From the NCBI RefSeq assembly GCF_009914755.1, contig NC_060943.1: a stretch of DNA of 64,000 nt. One strand, written 5' to 3'. The notes under the pieces were generated by a model. The model saw only the letters and a list, made by a program, of their open reading frames with translations, had not been told where the DNA came from and searched no databases. Positions within the stretch are counted from its first letter, which is position 1. Every line of letters begins with the position of its first letter. This document shows, piece after piece, positions 16,199 through 39,890 of this stretch. The stretch comes from the human T2T-CHM13v2.0 reference genome, Homo sapiens. The translations under genes were made by a program, and so were the position numbers.

Positions 16199-17531
16199 GT
16201 GAGTGCGCGCATCTCCCCTTCTCCCAGGATAAACCGTCTCCCTGGAAGGTTTATCCGGCAGCCTTTGCCGCCTCTAAATCCCTTTCCAGCAGATGGGGCG
16301 GGTGGGAGCAGAGAGCCACGGTCTTGTGACTCCGTGAAGGCCCTCACATCCCTGTTCCCGGTACCAGGGAAAACCGTTCCCTGAGCTGCGCCCAGCAACA
16401 CAGTTTACCTTCCGCGCGCACCGTTCCCCTCTAAGTGCACCATTTTCAGGACACGCTGAGAGCTCGGGCGGATGAAAACCTCAGCTTCTCTCTGGGACGC
16501 TGAAATAGACCCATCCTAGCCCTATGTATTTCCTATTTATAACGCTAGGAAGGCCACCAGCCGACGATTTCGGGAAAAAAAAAAAAAAAAAATCTAAGTG
16601 TGTCGATAAAGGCTGTCCTGTGGGGTGGGGAGGAAGGGGGTGGTTTATGGTTTAAGACACAGATGCCTCCTCCTTATTGGAACTCGTATGTGATTTGTTA
16701 ATAATCAGACATCAGGGCTCAAATGAGCGCTTCACTCCCGTTCCTTGATGTCACTGTCTTCTTTTGGCCGTCCCCAAATGCGAAGCCAGGATCTGAGTGC
16801 AGGAGTGTCCGGGGCCCACTGAGGACCCACCCCACCCCATCCTTAGAAGACTGTGGAGTCAACGCCTGTGGCTGCAGCTGGCAGGGGGTGGGGGTCGGGG
16901 GCGGGGCTGGTGGGAGTGTTCCTGGGGGCTGAGGTCACACCCAGCTCAGTATAAGGAAGGGAGAGGCGAAGACCCCTTCCTCCGGAGAGCAAATGCGTTT
17001 CTACTGCCGAGGAGAACTTACCCTCGCGGGAAGGGCCTGGCTGGCTGCTGCCACCGCCCCCCCCCCGACCCCATAGCATCCAGGAGGGATTTTTTTTTTT
17101 TCCATGCTGCGTGTTACTGTCCCTCCTCCAAGCATGAATGACGACATTGAGGACAGAGAATCGAGTGAGAAACGCTCACCCTGTACGGGGGAGGGTCTAG
17201 TTTTAGCCGTCCCCTCCCCCCACTTCCTCATCTGGCTGAGGCTGCCTCTGGGTCCTTCCTTGCTAAGCCACAGTCCCCTGTCCCCGATGCAAACCCGATA
17301 TCTATGCTGGGGGGCTGCAGGTAACCTACTCCACAGAGAGGCAGCCTGGATGCCATGAGAGTTGGGGGCCTTAGATGCTTCATGTATTTGGTTTTTTTGA
17401 GACAGGGTCTTGCTATCTTGCCCGGGCTGGTCTTAACCTCCTGTGCTCAGGCGATCCTCGCAAAGTGCTGGGATTACACGTGTGAGCCACTGCCCCCAGC
17501 CAGATGCTTTATCTTTTATTTTATTTTTTGA

Positions 17532-17678
<147 letters not shown>

Positions 17679-17704
17679 TAATTTTTGTATTTTTTTTTTT
17701 TTAA

Positions 17705-18022
<318 letters not shown>

Positions 18023-18704
18023 TAGAGATGGTGTCTTGCTATGTTGCCCAGGCTGGTCTTGACCTTCTGGGCTCAATCCTCCCACCTCAGCCTCCTGAAT
18101 AGCTAAGACCTCAGGCACCCACCATTGTGCTTGGTTAGTTTTTGTATTTTTTTTTTGAGAGATGGGGTCTTGCTGTGTTGCCCAGGCTGGTCTCGAACCC
18201 CTGGTCTCAAGTGATCTGCCCAAAGTGCTGGAATTCCAGGCATGCACCACTGCACCCAGCCCCTAGACGCTTTAAAAAGTGGATCTAGTGGCCCGGCAGG
18301 GTGGCTCACACCTGTAATCCCAGCACTTTGGGAGGCAGGTGGATCATGAGGTCAGGAGTTCGAGACCAGCCTGGCCAATATAGTGAAACCCCATCTCTAC
18401 TAAAAATACAAAAATTAGCTGGACGTGGTGGCACGCGCCTGTAGTCCAAGCTACTCAAGAGGTGGAGGTTGCAGTGAGCCGAGATCGCACCACTGCACTC
18501 TAGCCTGGGCGACAGAGCGAGACTCTGTCTCAAAAAAAAAATGACAACAAAAAAAGTGGATCTAGCTACTCGGAAGCTGTTGAGAGACAGACAGAGGTAA
18601 TGGAAGGACAGAGTGTACAATACTCTATAATGACCGCCGGACACAGGCCTGAAATCCTTTCGCAAACACGGGAATGCACACAGAAATGACTATTGCCTTT
18701 AAGA

Positions 18705-18917
18705 CAAGGTTTCTCCACCTTGGATCTATGGATATTTGGGACCCAGTCATTCTTGGTCATGGGCGGCCATCCTGGGCACTGTAAGGTGCTGAGCAGCACC
18801 CCTGGCCTGCCCAGGGGGCACTCCTTCCCCTCAGTTGTGACAAAAGTGCCTCTAGACAATGCCAAGTGTCCCCTTGCAGCAGGGGAGGCAGAATTGTCCA
18901 CAGGTGCAAAGCACTGG
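18705..18917 (+). mobile_element. MER20-like relic
   Basis: ggtttctccaccttgg...ccatcctgggcactgtaaggtgctgagcagcacccctggcc...tagacaatgccaagtgtcccc. Confidence 0.75.
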
Positions 18918-19292
18918 TTTCAAAGCCCAAAACAGATGGGGTTGGTTGAGTCATAAGATGCTGGTATGTTATGTCCAAAAGGTATCTTAGAGGTCATCTC
19001 TAATTCAACTCTTTTGTTTACAGAAAGGGAAACTGAGACCCAGAGAGGGAGATGGTCTGAGAGTCTGCCATGCCCCAGAGCAGACCACAACTCAGTCTCA
19101 CCTGGCAGCTCTGATCCTGGCCCCCACCCAGACTGCTCCCCCCTGCCCTGCCCCTGCCCCTGCCCCCAGTGAGCTCCTCAGAACAAGAAAAACAAAACTG
19201 GTGTGGGGGGTGGGGCGGCACAGTGGCTCACACCTGTAATCCCAGCGCTCTGGGAGGCTGAGGCAAGAGGATCACCTGAGCCCGAAAGTTCA

Positions 19293-19475
<183 letters not shown>

Positions 19476-20288
19476 CTAAATAAATAAATAAATAAATAAA
19501 GTGGCATTTTGTGGTAGTAAAGATGAGGGTCTCCTTTCTAACCCCAGTCTCTTTCCACACTGCCTTAGTGAGCCCTGGAGTCAGAAAGTCACTAGGACTT
19601 GCTTGAGGGAGGACAGAGAGGCAGGACAGGTGGCCTGGTACATATGGCAGATAGCGATGGGTTAGAGCCTACTGGATTCTCTTTGAACTTGGCATTCCCA
19701 GCACGGAAGCTGAAGTATATCAGCCATTCACACTTTAGTATGAATGACTGTTTGGATTTCTTGCTTTCTAGTTGAGGTCCAAGGCACAAGAGGGAGGGTA
19801 AGTCTATCTGGGTCATGGCTCACCCTGGAGAAGGTAGATTTCGAAGTTTCCAAGGGAGCAGGACTTGTATCTGAAGGCTCAGCCTCTCGCCCACGTTCAA
19901 ACTCTGAACCCCACTGTGCATCCTAAGCTCTCTGTGCCTCTGTTTTCTCATCTGTAAAACAGGGGAACCTCATGGGGCTCGGTGATGGTTCAATAAGAAG
20001 TGCTGGCCGGGCACAGTGGTTTACCCTTGTAATCTCAGCGCTTAGAGAGGCCGAGGCAGGAGGATTGCTTGAGCCCAAGAGTTTGAGACCACCCTGGCCA
20101 ACATAGCAAGACCCAATCTCTTAAAAAAAGATTTTAAAAAATTACCCAGGCATGATGGTACACACCTGTGGTCACAGCTACTGGTGGGGGGCTGAGGCAG
20201 GAGGATTGCTTAAGCCCAGGAGTTCAAGGCTGCCATGAGCCATGATTGTGCCCCTGCACTCCAGCCCAGGCAACAGAGCAAGATCATG

Positions 20289-20328
<40 letters not shown>

Positions 20329-20339
20329 AGCCAAGCTCA

Positions 20340-20711
<372 letters not shown>

Positions 20712-20959
20712 CTACAGCCTGGGCAACAGAGCAAGACTCCGTCTCAAAAAAGAAGAAGAAGAAGGAGAAGGAGAGAGGAGAGGAGAAAGGAGAGAGGGGG
20801 AGGGGAAGGGGGAGGGGGAGACGGAGGGGGAGTGGGAGGGGGAAGAGCTGCATGGGGTAGACGATTGTCATTAGGACTATTGTCCAGTAAAACCCATTCC
20901 TCTGCGGCTTCCTTTCAGGGGTCATCCCTGCTTCAAGCCAGTGCCTCTTCCCAGCTCCC

Positions 20960-21036
20960 ATGGGGACCACCGAAGCCACGCTCCGGATGGAAAACGTGGA
21001 CGTGAAGGAGGAATGGCAGGACGAAGATCTTCCCAG
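20960..21036 (+). CDS. ATCAY: ATCAY exon 2 coding part (exon starts 20919)
   Basis: tttcag| acceptor; ATG at 20960; [25 protein letters not shown](R); donor gtagga. Confidence 0.96.
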
Positions 21037-21565
21037 GTAGGACTTCCACATCCCTGAGTCAACCGTTGGGGGAGCAGGTGTCTCTCCCAGGTGGGACACA
21101 GGAGCGGCCCGGGTCTCTCTCTAAGTGGGAACCGCCCGGGGCTGGCCTGGTTCCATCTCCGCGTCCTCCTCTCCCGCACACTCTGGGAGGCCTGAGGCCC
21201 TGTGTGCGAGTCTTCTCTGTGGCCTCACAGTGGGGTAGTCCTGGCCAGGCACATAATGGGTATTTGCTCAATGATTTAAGATTCATTTCTGTCTTCCCTG
21301 CCCCAAAGCTCCAAAGGACCCCCCACCCCTACACCATTTTAAGAGTTCTTAACATTCTGGCTGGGCGCGGCGGTTCACGCCTGTAATCCCAGCACTTTGG
21401 GAGGCCAAGGTGGGCGGATCACTTGAGGTCAGGAGTTCGAGACCAGCCTGGCCAACATGGCAAAACCGCGTCTCTACTAAAACTACAAAAATTAGCTGGG
21501 CATGCCGGGCGCAGTGACTCATGCCTGTAATCCCAGCACTTTGGGAGGCCGAGGCGGGCGGATCA

Positions 21566-21798
<233 letters not shown>

Positions 21799-21909
21799 TT
21801 AGCTGGGTATGGTGTCATGCGCCTATAATTCCAGCTACTCGGGAGGCTGAGGCACCATGGTGATTTATTAGCAGCCTTTAGGAGACACTTACCTCCCCTA
21901 ACATGCTGA

Positions 21910-22281
<372 letters not shown>

Positions 22282-22472
22282 TAAGGATAGTGCCTGGCAT
22301 ACAGTCGGCGCTTAACAAATATTGGGTGACAGGTGCTGATCACTGGTCAGAATAAGAAATCACAGGGGCTGGGCACGGTGGCTCACGCCTATGATCCCAG
22401 CACTTACAGAGGCTCAGGCTGGGGGGATTGATAGAGCTCAAGAGTTCGAAACCAGCCTGGGCAAGATAGTGA

Positions 22473-22883
<411 letters not shown>

Positions 22884-23137
22884 TAGCCAGGATGGTCTCG
22901 ATCGTCTGACCTCGTGATCCGCCCACCTCGGCCTCCCAAAGTGCTGGGATTACAGGCGTGAGCCATCGCGCCCTACCACCTGTCTCTATTTAAAAAGAGA
23001 GGAAAAAAAAAAAAAAGGCCGGTCGCTGTGGCTCAGGTGTGTGTAATCCCAGCACTTTGGGAGGCCAAGGTGGGCAGATCACAAGGTCAGGAATTTGAGA
23101 CCAGCCTGGCCGACATAGTGAAACCCTGTCTCTACTA

Positions 23138-23380
<243 letters not shown>

Positions 23381-24335
23381 CTAAAGATAGCTGCTCATCC
23401 CTCTTCCCTTTCAGAACCAGGAATTCATCCATCCCCCAAACACAATGCCCAAGGGTCAGTTATAGAAACTATTGGGTGAGGTTCAGTCAAAAAGACCAGG
23501 TGTGTTCCGCCTGAAAAAGAGAATTGGAAAAGAATCTCCAGGCCGCGCACAGTGGCTCACGTCTGCAGTCCCAACAGTTTGGGAGGCCGAGGCGGGCAAA
23601 TCACTTGAGGTCAGGAGTTCGAGGCCAGCCTGGACAACATGGTGAAACCCCGTCTCTACTAAAAATACAAAAATTAGTCGGGCGTGGTGGTGGGCACCTG
23701 TAATCCCAGCTACTCAGGAGGCTGAGGCAGGAAAACTGCTGGAACTCGGGAGGCGAAGGTTGCAGTGAGCCGAGATCGCGCCACTGGACTCCAGCCCGGG
23801 CAGTAGAGTGAGTGAGAGTGTCTCAAAAAAACAGAATCTCCAGTTCCAGGAAAATTTCAATCTGAGAGGGTTCCGGAGGGCAGAACGAGGCCAAAAGAAC
23901 GAACTTAAAAGAGAATGGGGTTTGAAGGAGATACAGAAGAATGCCTTGAAGTAATCGGTCTCCTTCAAAATGAGTCAGGCTGGTGTGGGAGGCCGAGAGC
24001 TTCCTTCCCATTCATGTCCAGGCAGAAGGAGGACTGTTGAAGACGGCATCTTGATATTCAAGAACTTCAGCCCTCTCCTGAATCCAGTCATTGCCAGGCC
24101 TCTAAGGCCCATGCACCTGTCTGTGTTTCTTTGCAGCAGGAGGTCCCTGTTCTCAGAATAGCCGAGAATCAGAGAATCACGGCTGGGAGCGGAGGCTGAT
24201 GTCTGTAATCCCAGCTCTTTGGGAGGCCAAGGCGGGAGGATCGCTTGAGCCCAGGAGTTTGAGATTAGCCTGGGCAACATAGCAAGACCTCGTCTCTTAA
24301 AAAAACAAAAAACAAACAAAAACTGGCTGGGCCTA

Positions 24336-24644
<309 letters not shown>

Positions 24645-25057
24645 TCAGGTATGCTGGTGTGCACCTGTAGTTTCAGCTACTCAGGAGGCTGAGGCAGGAG
24701 GATTGTTTGGACTTGGGACATCGCAGCAGTGAGCTATGATCACACCACTGCACTCCAGCCTGGACAACAGAGCAAGACTGCATATCTAAGAAAAATAATA
24801 ATAATTTTAAAATAATGTCATTTCAAGCAGCACAGCATAAACAAAGGCGCATAAGCTTTGGAATCGGACGCCCGTGGTTCAAATCCCAATTCCCCAGCAG
24901 GTTTGCTCTGCCACCTGGGCTACCTCTTTGGGCATCTCAGTGCCTCTGTTTTCTGATCTGTAAAATAGGACAATAATCTCTCGCGCACCAGGTGGTCATG
25001 AAATTTTGATAAAACAGCCGAGATGGGCTGTGCAAATGGCGAAGGCAGCACAAATAA

Positions 25058-25315
<258 letters not shown>

Positions 25316-25438
25316 TAGTAGAGACGAGGTTTCACCGTGTTGGCCAGGCTGGTCTCGAACTCTCAACCTCAGGTGATCTGCCCACCTCCCAAAGTGCTAG
25401 GATTACAGGTGTGAGCCATTGGGCCCAGCTCCACCTAT

Positions 25439-25797
<359 letters not shown>

Positions 25798-26201
25798 TGA
25801 GACAAAAACCAAGGCCGAGCGCACCTGCAAATGCGAGCTGGAGGCCCTTTCTGGAAGGCGCGAGGCCAGCGGGAGCGGGAGGAGGGTGTGTTTCTGGTGG
25901 ATTTCTTACAGCTGCAAGGCTTCTCGCCCACCCGCTGCAGCAGCTTTGTGTTTGCAGGACAGTGGCCTCGCTGTGCCAGCCTGGCCCCCACGAGCTACGC
26001 CTTTGCCAACAGGACACTTCCTCCACGAGGCTTCTGTCTTCCTCGTCTCTGGAAGAACTGAGTCGGCTCCTCGGTGCAGGTCCAGCTGCGGCCACACATA
26101 ACCACCTCTGTCTGCCGCAAAACAGCTCACAATTCTGTTTCTTCCAGCCCAGCCATCCCCTCCCCTGGGGACTGCAGAAGTGGTCTTTGTACTGCCCTTA
26201 A

Positions 26202-26480
<279 letters not shown>

Positions 26481-26947
26481 TGATTCGCCTGCCTCGGCCT
26501 CCCAAAGTGCTGGGATTACAGGCGTGAGCCACGCGCCCGGCCTCCTTCTAGCATTTTCCTTCACTCTCACCCTTCTGCAGCCTACTACGGAGCTAGAGCT
26601 GAAGGCAGCCCGGAGATTGCTGCCTCAATTTCTCCATTCATTCATTCTGATGCTATGCGCCAACTGTATACCAGTCCCTTATAGCCTCACAACCCAATAC
26701 AAGGTGGCAGCTGGGTTCATGGCACTTCTGACCAGGCCAGGGAGGGAAGGGGAGCTGTGATTCTTGGCTGTGAAGGGTGAGGAGGGATGAGCCGGGGAAG
26801 GAAGTGGGGTGTAGGGGCCCCACATTCCAAGCAGAGAGGGCAGCATGTGCAAAGGCTCTGGGCTCAGTGGAAGCAGGTTGAGGGACTGGGGAAGGCTGCG
26901 TGGGGAAACTGAGGACTTGGGGGAGGAGCTTACCCAGGGCATCCTAG

Positions 26948-27394
<447 letters not shown>

Positions 27395-27465
27395 TAATTT
27401 TTTTTTTTTTTCCAGACGGGGTCTTGCTCTGTCACCCAGGCTGGAGTGCAGTGGTGCGATCATAG

Positions 27466-27696
<231 letters not shown>

Positions 27697-27897
27697 TGAT
27701 ATACTTCCAAACTTGGAAAAAAATTACAAGAATGATATAAAGAATATCTGCATACCTTTAGTAGGATTATACAATTGTTAACATTTTGCTCCTTTTATAT
27801 CAAAGTCAGCCCTCAGGGCTGGGTGCGGTGACTCACATCTGTAATCCCAGCACTTTGGGAGGCCAAGGCAGGTGGATCACCTGAGGTCGGGAGTTCA

Positions 27898-28149
<252 letters not shown>

Positions 28150-28290
28150 TTAGCTAATGCCCCTGCCCCAAACCCTGGGTCCAAGACCCAATCTGGGACC
28201 ACTCATTGCATCAGGTTGAGTATACTGGGTTGTGTGTTTACTGGGGTATGTGTCTCACCAGGCACTGGGACTTAAACTTATCTCTTTTAG

Positions 28291-28605
<315 letters not shown>

Positions 28606-29236
28606 TGATCCACCTGCCTCGGCCTCGCAAAGTGCTGGGATTACAGGTGTGAGCCACCATGCCCGGCTAGGATTTCCACTTTTTACCTGGATTGCCCATC
28701 ATGGACTTTGAGAGCCGGCTCTGCAGAGGGCTAAGTGGATATATTATACCCCAGGGCCACGGAGGGGATCTCCAAGTCTGGAGAGTCTGCGGTTCTCCTG
28801 GAGCTTGCGGAAGTAACAGGATCTCACCTGACCTTGGAAACTGCAGCTCCATGAACAGGCGGGGAGAGCTTGCTCCACCCATGTTCCAGAGCAGTGGGTC
28901 TTCCTTCAGGGAGCCTGGAGCCCTGCCAGGTCGGCTTCTCCAGTTCTGCATGATCTTAAACCTTTCCTGAACATCCACTGCAACTGGCAGCTCAGCCTCA
29001 GGACCTCATCCCATCCCCGAGGCACTGCCTCTCCCTGGCCCTCCCTCCCTACCCTCCATCCTCCAACCACTCCCTCCTCCCCCACTGCTCTCTCTGCGCC
29101 AGGCACCCTGAGTCTGCTTTCTGATCTGCCCTTGAACTTGGCAAGCTTATTCCAGTCCCGGAGCCTGGGCCTCTGCAGTGCCTTCCATCTGGAGTGCTCT
29201 TGCCTGGTCTCTGCAGGACGCCAACATCATGCTTAA

Positions 29237-29326
<90 letters not shown>

Positions 29327-29487
29327 TGAGCCCAGGAGTTCAAGACCAGCCTGCAAGACCCCATCTGCAGAAAAATATAAAAATTAGCTGGGTGGCCGGG
29401 CGCGGTGGCTCACGTCTGTAATCCCAGCACTTTGGGAGGCCGAGGCGGGCAGGTCACGAGGTCAGGAGATCGAGACCATCCTGGCTA

Positions 29488-29856
<369 letters not shown>

Positions 29857-30393
29857 TTAACCAGGTGTGGCAGCTCACTCCTGTAATCCCATCACTTTAG
29901 GAAGCTGAGGCAGGAGAATTGCTTGAAATGTGAAGTTCAAGACCAGCCTAGGCACCACAGTAAGACCCTGTCTCTACAAAAAATTTTATAATTAGCCGGG
30001 TGTGGTGGTGCACACCTAGGGTCCCAGCTACTCAGAAGACTGAGACAGGAGGATCCCTTGAGCCCAGGAATTTGAGGCTGCAGTGAGCTATGATTTCACT
30101 ACTGTGCTCTAGGCTGGGCAACAGAGCAAGACCCTGTCTCAAAAAAAAAAAAAAAAAAAAAAAGCTGCCTCCTCAATGAGGCCTTCCCTGACCACCCCAC
30201 AGATTTTTTTCTCTCTCTCTCCTCTCCTTTATTTCATTCATTTTCTTTGCCGTAAGCATCACTATCTGCCTTGTTCACTTATTTGCTTATTGTCTTCCTT
30301 TATATACATGGTCTCAAGCCAGGAATTGCTTTGCACAATCCTGGGAACCACCAAGTCCAAAATCCACAGGGCAGGCTGGAAACTGTCAGGTAA

Positions 30394-30534
<141 letters not shown>

Positions 30535-30894
30535 TAGCTGGGGTTACAGGCATGCACCACCACACCCAGCTAATTTTTGTATTTTTAGTAGAGATGGGGT
30601 TTCACCACGTTGGCCAGGCTGGTCTCGAACTCCTGACCTCAGGTGATCTGCCCGCCTCGGCCTCCCAAAGTGCTGGGATTACAGGTGTGAGCCACCGCGC
30701 CTGGCCCCCATTTTAGTCATGAGGAAAACAGAGGCTCAGGGAGGAGAAGGCACCACCCAGACTCGTAGCGCTGGATGGAGTGGCAGGGCTGGGAGTTGTG
30801 CTCAGACTCTCTGAGACTCTCTTAGGCATTCCCACCCTTTCTCCTGCTTTCCTCACTTTCCCAGTATGTGCAGCTGAGATGCTTTCTTTTTTTC

Positions 30895-30925
<31 letters not shown>

Positions 30926-31399
30926 TGATAGACTCTTGCTCTGTTGCTCAGGCGGGAGTGCAGTGGTGCCAATCACAGCTCACTGCAGCCTCAAACTCCC
31001 GGACTCAAACGATCCTCCTGCCTCAGCCTCCTTAGTAGCTGGGATTACAAGTGCATGCCACCATGCCTGGCTAATATGTTGTATTTTTTGTAGAGATGGG
31101 GTCTCACTATGTTGCCCAGGCTAGTCTCGAACTCCTAGTCTCAAGAGATCCTCCCACCTCAGCCTGCTGAGTAGCTGGGATCACAGGCATGAGCCATCAT
31201 GCTGGGCTAATTTTTAAATTTTTAGTAGTGATGGGGTCTTGCTGTGTGGGCCAGGCTTGTCTTCAACTCTTGGGCTTAAGTGATCCTCCCTCCTCAGCCT
31301 CCCAAAGTGCTGTGATTACCGGCATGAGCCCCTGCGCCCAGTCTGAGATGCTTTCTACAGCTTCACATTTCAGCTGCAGCCCAGCAGTGGTCCACCTAG

Positions 31400-31636
<237 letters not shown>

Positions 31637-31829
31637 TAGTAGAGACGGGGTTTCACCATGTTGGCCAGGCTGGTCTTGAACTCTTGGCCTCAGATGATCC
31701 ACCTGCCTCGGCCTCCCAAAGTGCCGGGATTACAGGCATGAGCCCCTGCGCCCGGCCTGAGATGCTTTCTACAGCTTCATATTTCAGCTGCAGCCCAGCA
31801 ATGGTCCACTCAGTTCACAGCCTACGTAG

Positions 31830-32250
<421 letters not shown>

Positions 32251-32410
32251 TGAGCCACCACGCCCAGCCAGAAATCTAGACTTTTTGCATCTCTTCTTCG
32301 ACAGCAAATGGAAAATGTTTTTAAATGCTGCATGGGTGGGACATAACTAGGCTTGGTGCATCAGCCATCAGCCTGCAATTTTGCAGCGCTGGTTTGGGTT
32401 AACCTTCTGA

Positions 32411-33103
<693 letters not shown>

Positions 33104-33129
33104 TTAAATAAGTAAAATAAAATTTAAAA

Positions 33130-34107
<978 letters not shown>

Positions 34108-34496
34108 TGATGTGCCCTCCTCGGCCTCCCAAAGTGCCAGGATGACAGGCGTGAGCCACCGCGCCTGGCCGTCAATGGACTCTTGAATTGTTTCCACTTT
34201 TTGGTTTTTATGAATTATGTTCGTTCAAGTATGAGTTTTCGTGTGAACAGATGTTTTCATTTCCTTTGGGAATCCGCTCCATTTTGATCTTTGCCATGAA
34301 CAGGAGGAGGGTGACATCTGATTCCTCCTTTACCTCCAAGCCCCATAGATGCACTGGAGATGCAGTGGTTACGCAAAAACATTTGATGAATAGAGAAAAG
34401 AGAGGGAGGGAAAGGGAGAGGGAAAAAGCATAAATAGATTCCGCCCCAAAAAGGTTAACAGCTCATGCCCTAAGTGGAACAGAAATGAGGGAATAA

Positions 34497-34718
<222 letters not shown>

Positions 34719-35361
34719 TAGTCTTGAACTCCTGACCTCAGGTGATCCGCCCGCCTCGGCCTCCCTAAGTGCCAGGATTACAGGCATGAGCCACCACGCC
34801 CGGCCAATAAATCATTTTTTTAAAGGAAAGGAACATGCATTCCACCGCCCTTCCATCTAAACAGCTTGCCTTGCAGCTGAGCCAGGAATGCTGAGTTACA
34901 GAGACGAATTAAGCTGTAGCCTGGCTTTCCGGAGTCAGCACGCCCTGCCGCTAGGACCTCTGGCAGCCCCGTGCAAAATGTTCTGCCCGGAATGGAATAT
35001 TTCCCAGGGTAGCCAAGGAGCCAGTGCTCCTGGGTCAAACTCGGGCAGCACGGGCTGCGGCTTCAAGAAGTGATCTGGGGCCGGGTGCGGTGGCTCATGC
35101 TGTAATTCCAGCATTTCTGTCTCAAAAAGAAAGAAAAAGTTGCAAAGTTAGTACAGATAATTCCTGTAGACTGGGAACCTAGTTTCTCCCATAATTAACA
35201 TCTTATATTAGCTGTGTATATTTTATATTTGTCACAATTGATGAATCAATATTGATACTATTGGTTATTGATAATCAACATTGATCAATAACAATATTGA
35301 TCAATATTGGTTATTAGTTACCAAAGTCCATGCTTTTTTAGATTTTCAAAGTTTTTCCTAA

Positions 35362-35648
<287 letters not shown>

Positions 35649-35667
35649 TAGTTATCACATCTCCTGA

Positions 35668-35962
<295 letters not shown>

Positions 35963-35965
35963 TGA

Positions 35966-36328
<363 letters not shown>

Positions 36329-37676
36329 TGATCCGCACGCCTCGGCCTCCCAAAGTGCTGGGATTACAGGCGTGAGCCACCGCACCCGGCCTATCCTTCA
36401 TCTTCTTGAGGGCAGAACTGTACATAAACTATTTCCAATTCTTCTGCACAAGAAATGTGTCTCTTCTCTCCTGTTTATTTGTTCAGTGACTTATTTATAT
36501 CCGTATGGACTCATAGACATTTATTTTACATCTTGGGTTATAATTCAATATTTCATTATTTATTTGGTTGCACAAACTGTTCCAGCATTGACATAGAGAT
36601 CTCTTCTGGTTGACTCAGGTTTTTGTGGGGGTTTTATCTATTTATTTATTTTTAATACTTTTTGCTGCATTTGAGAGTCAACAACTCATCAGAGACCAAA
36701 TCCCACAGGGTCGCCCTAGAGAGAATTCAACTTACTAACTTATTTCAAAGTTTTTGAAGTCATGTGATGCTGGGGAAAAACCTTCATTCTCCTCAAGCCG
36801 TGCAAAAATCTCCAAAAGGCTTAATATAAATTTGATTATCTAAAAGAAGCCCTTCAGCCCTGATGCGTTATAATTTTCTTCCTCTGCTAAAGAAAAAACA
36901 TGCTGGGCGGGCGCGGTGGCTCATGCCTGTAATCCCAGCACTTTGAGAGGCCGAGGTGGGCAGATCACAAGGTCAGGAGTTCCAGACCAGCCTGGCCAAT
37001 ATGGTGAAACCCCGTCTCTACTAAAAATACAAAAATTAGCCGGGCATGGTAGCGGGCACCTGTAGTCCCAGTTTACTTAGGAGGCTGAGGCAGAAGAATG
37101 GCCTGAACCCGGGAGGCGGAGGTTGCCGTGAGCCGAGATCATGCCACTCTACTCCATCCAGCCTGGGCGACAGAGCGAGACTCTGCCTCAAAAGAAAAAA
37201 ATAAAAGAAAAAGAAAAAACATGCGCTTGTGGTGGCTCACGCCCGTAATCCCAACACTTTGGGAGGCTGAGGTGGGAAGATGGCTTGAGCCCAGGAGTTC
37301 AAGAGCAACCTGGGCAACATAGTGAGACCCCATCTCTACAAAAAACCAAAAAACTACAAAAATTAGCCAGCCGTGGTGGTGTGCACCTGTAGTCCCAGCT
37401 ACTCAGGAGGCTGAGGCAGGAGGATCTCTTGAGCCCAGGAGGTTGAGGCTGCAGTGAGCCATGATCACGCTACTGCACTCCAGCCTGGGCGATACAGTGA
37501 GGCTCTGTCTCCAAAAAAATGTATATATTTAGGTCCAGTGATTCTCCAGAACTAAATGTGTTTTGCTTTTGTTCTTGTCTGACTCGCCTGGCTGGACCTG
37601 TCTGGGCCACTCCACTGTCCTCTGCCTGAATCTCTGGTGCCCGGCGACTGATGCCTGTTCCTGGATGGGTCCGCAG

Positions 37677-37735
37677 GCCACTCCCAGAAGAGACGGGGGT
37701 GGAACTGCTTGGCAGCCCGGTGGAAGACACATCCT
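37677..37735 (+). CDS. ATCAY: ATCAY exon 3
   Basis: cgcag| PLPEETGVELLGSPVEDTS |gtaagt; 59 nt, phases fit the neighbouring exons. Confidence 0.93.
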
Positions 37736-38145
37736 GTAAGTTTCCACGTCCACAGAAGGGCGGAAACAGGCTCAGTGTTTCCGGGTTTCAGCCCTGCCTG
37801 GGGCTGTAACTGTAGAAATGTCAGAGGCCACACACCGTGGGTAGAATGTTCTGTCCTGGGGTCTATGGTGGAAGTGGCCGTGGTGGGTGAGAGACACAAT
37901 GGATGATGGCGCTGTCATGAAGCCAGCACGCTGTGTTGCTGTGTGTCCCTGTGCTAGTCACTCAGCCTCTCTGTGCCCCAATGCCTCATCTACTAAATGT
38001 AGGTAGCGAGCTTCTCGCAGAGGGGGCATGTAAGGATTAAATGAGGTGATGCCAAATGCCCTGGAGGCACAAAGTCAGCACAGCCAAGGGTGCACTGGGA
38101 GGCTCTGCTATCTGGAGCTCTAAACATATACATTTTAATGTGTAA

Positions 38146-38358
<213 letters not shown>

Positions 38359-38773
38359 TAGCTATGTTGCCCAGGCTGCTCTTGAACTCCTGGGCTCAAG
38401 CCATCTTCTTGCCTCAGCCTCCCAAAGTGCTGGGATTACGGGCGTGAGCCACCACGCCTGGCATGTTTTTTCTTCAGCAGAGGAAAAAAATCATAATGTA
38501 TCAGGCTCTGAAGCCCCAGATCCCGGGGATGGGAGTCCTGGGCGGCCAGAGGAGAGTTTTAGCCGTAACCTGGCGATTGCAACGTGCCTCCGGAGGCAGG
38601 GAAAGGGCCCAGGTTGGCACCGTGGGGAGAGGTGGGGTCTGGGGAGGACCTGGCAGCCAGCCCCACTTAACGACATTCAGTTAAGCAGAATATGGAAAAT
38701 AAACCTGTGAGGGCCAAACAAAATTTTTTTGGAGACAGAGCCTCACTGTATCGCCCAGGCTGGAGTGCAGTAG

Positions 38774-39027
<254 letters not shown>

Positions 39028-39030
39028 TAA

Positions 39031-39890
<860 letters not shown>

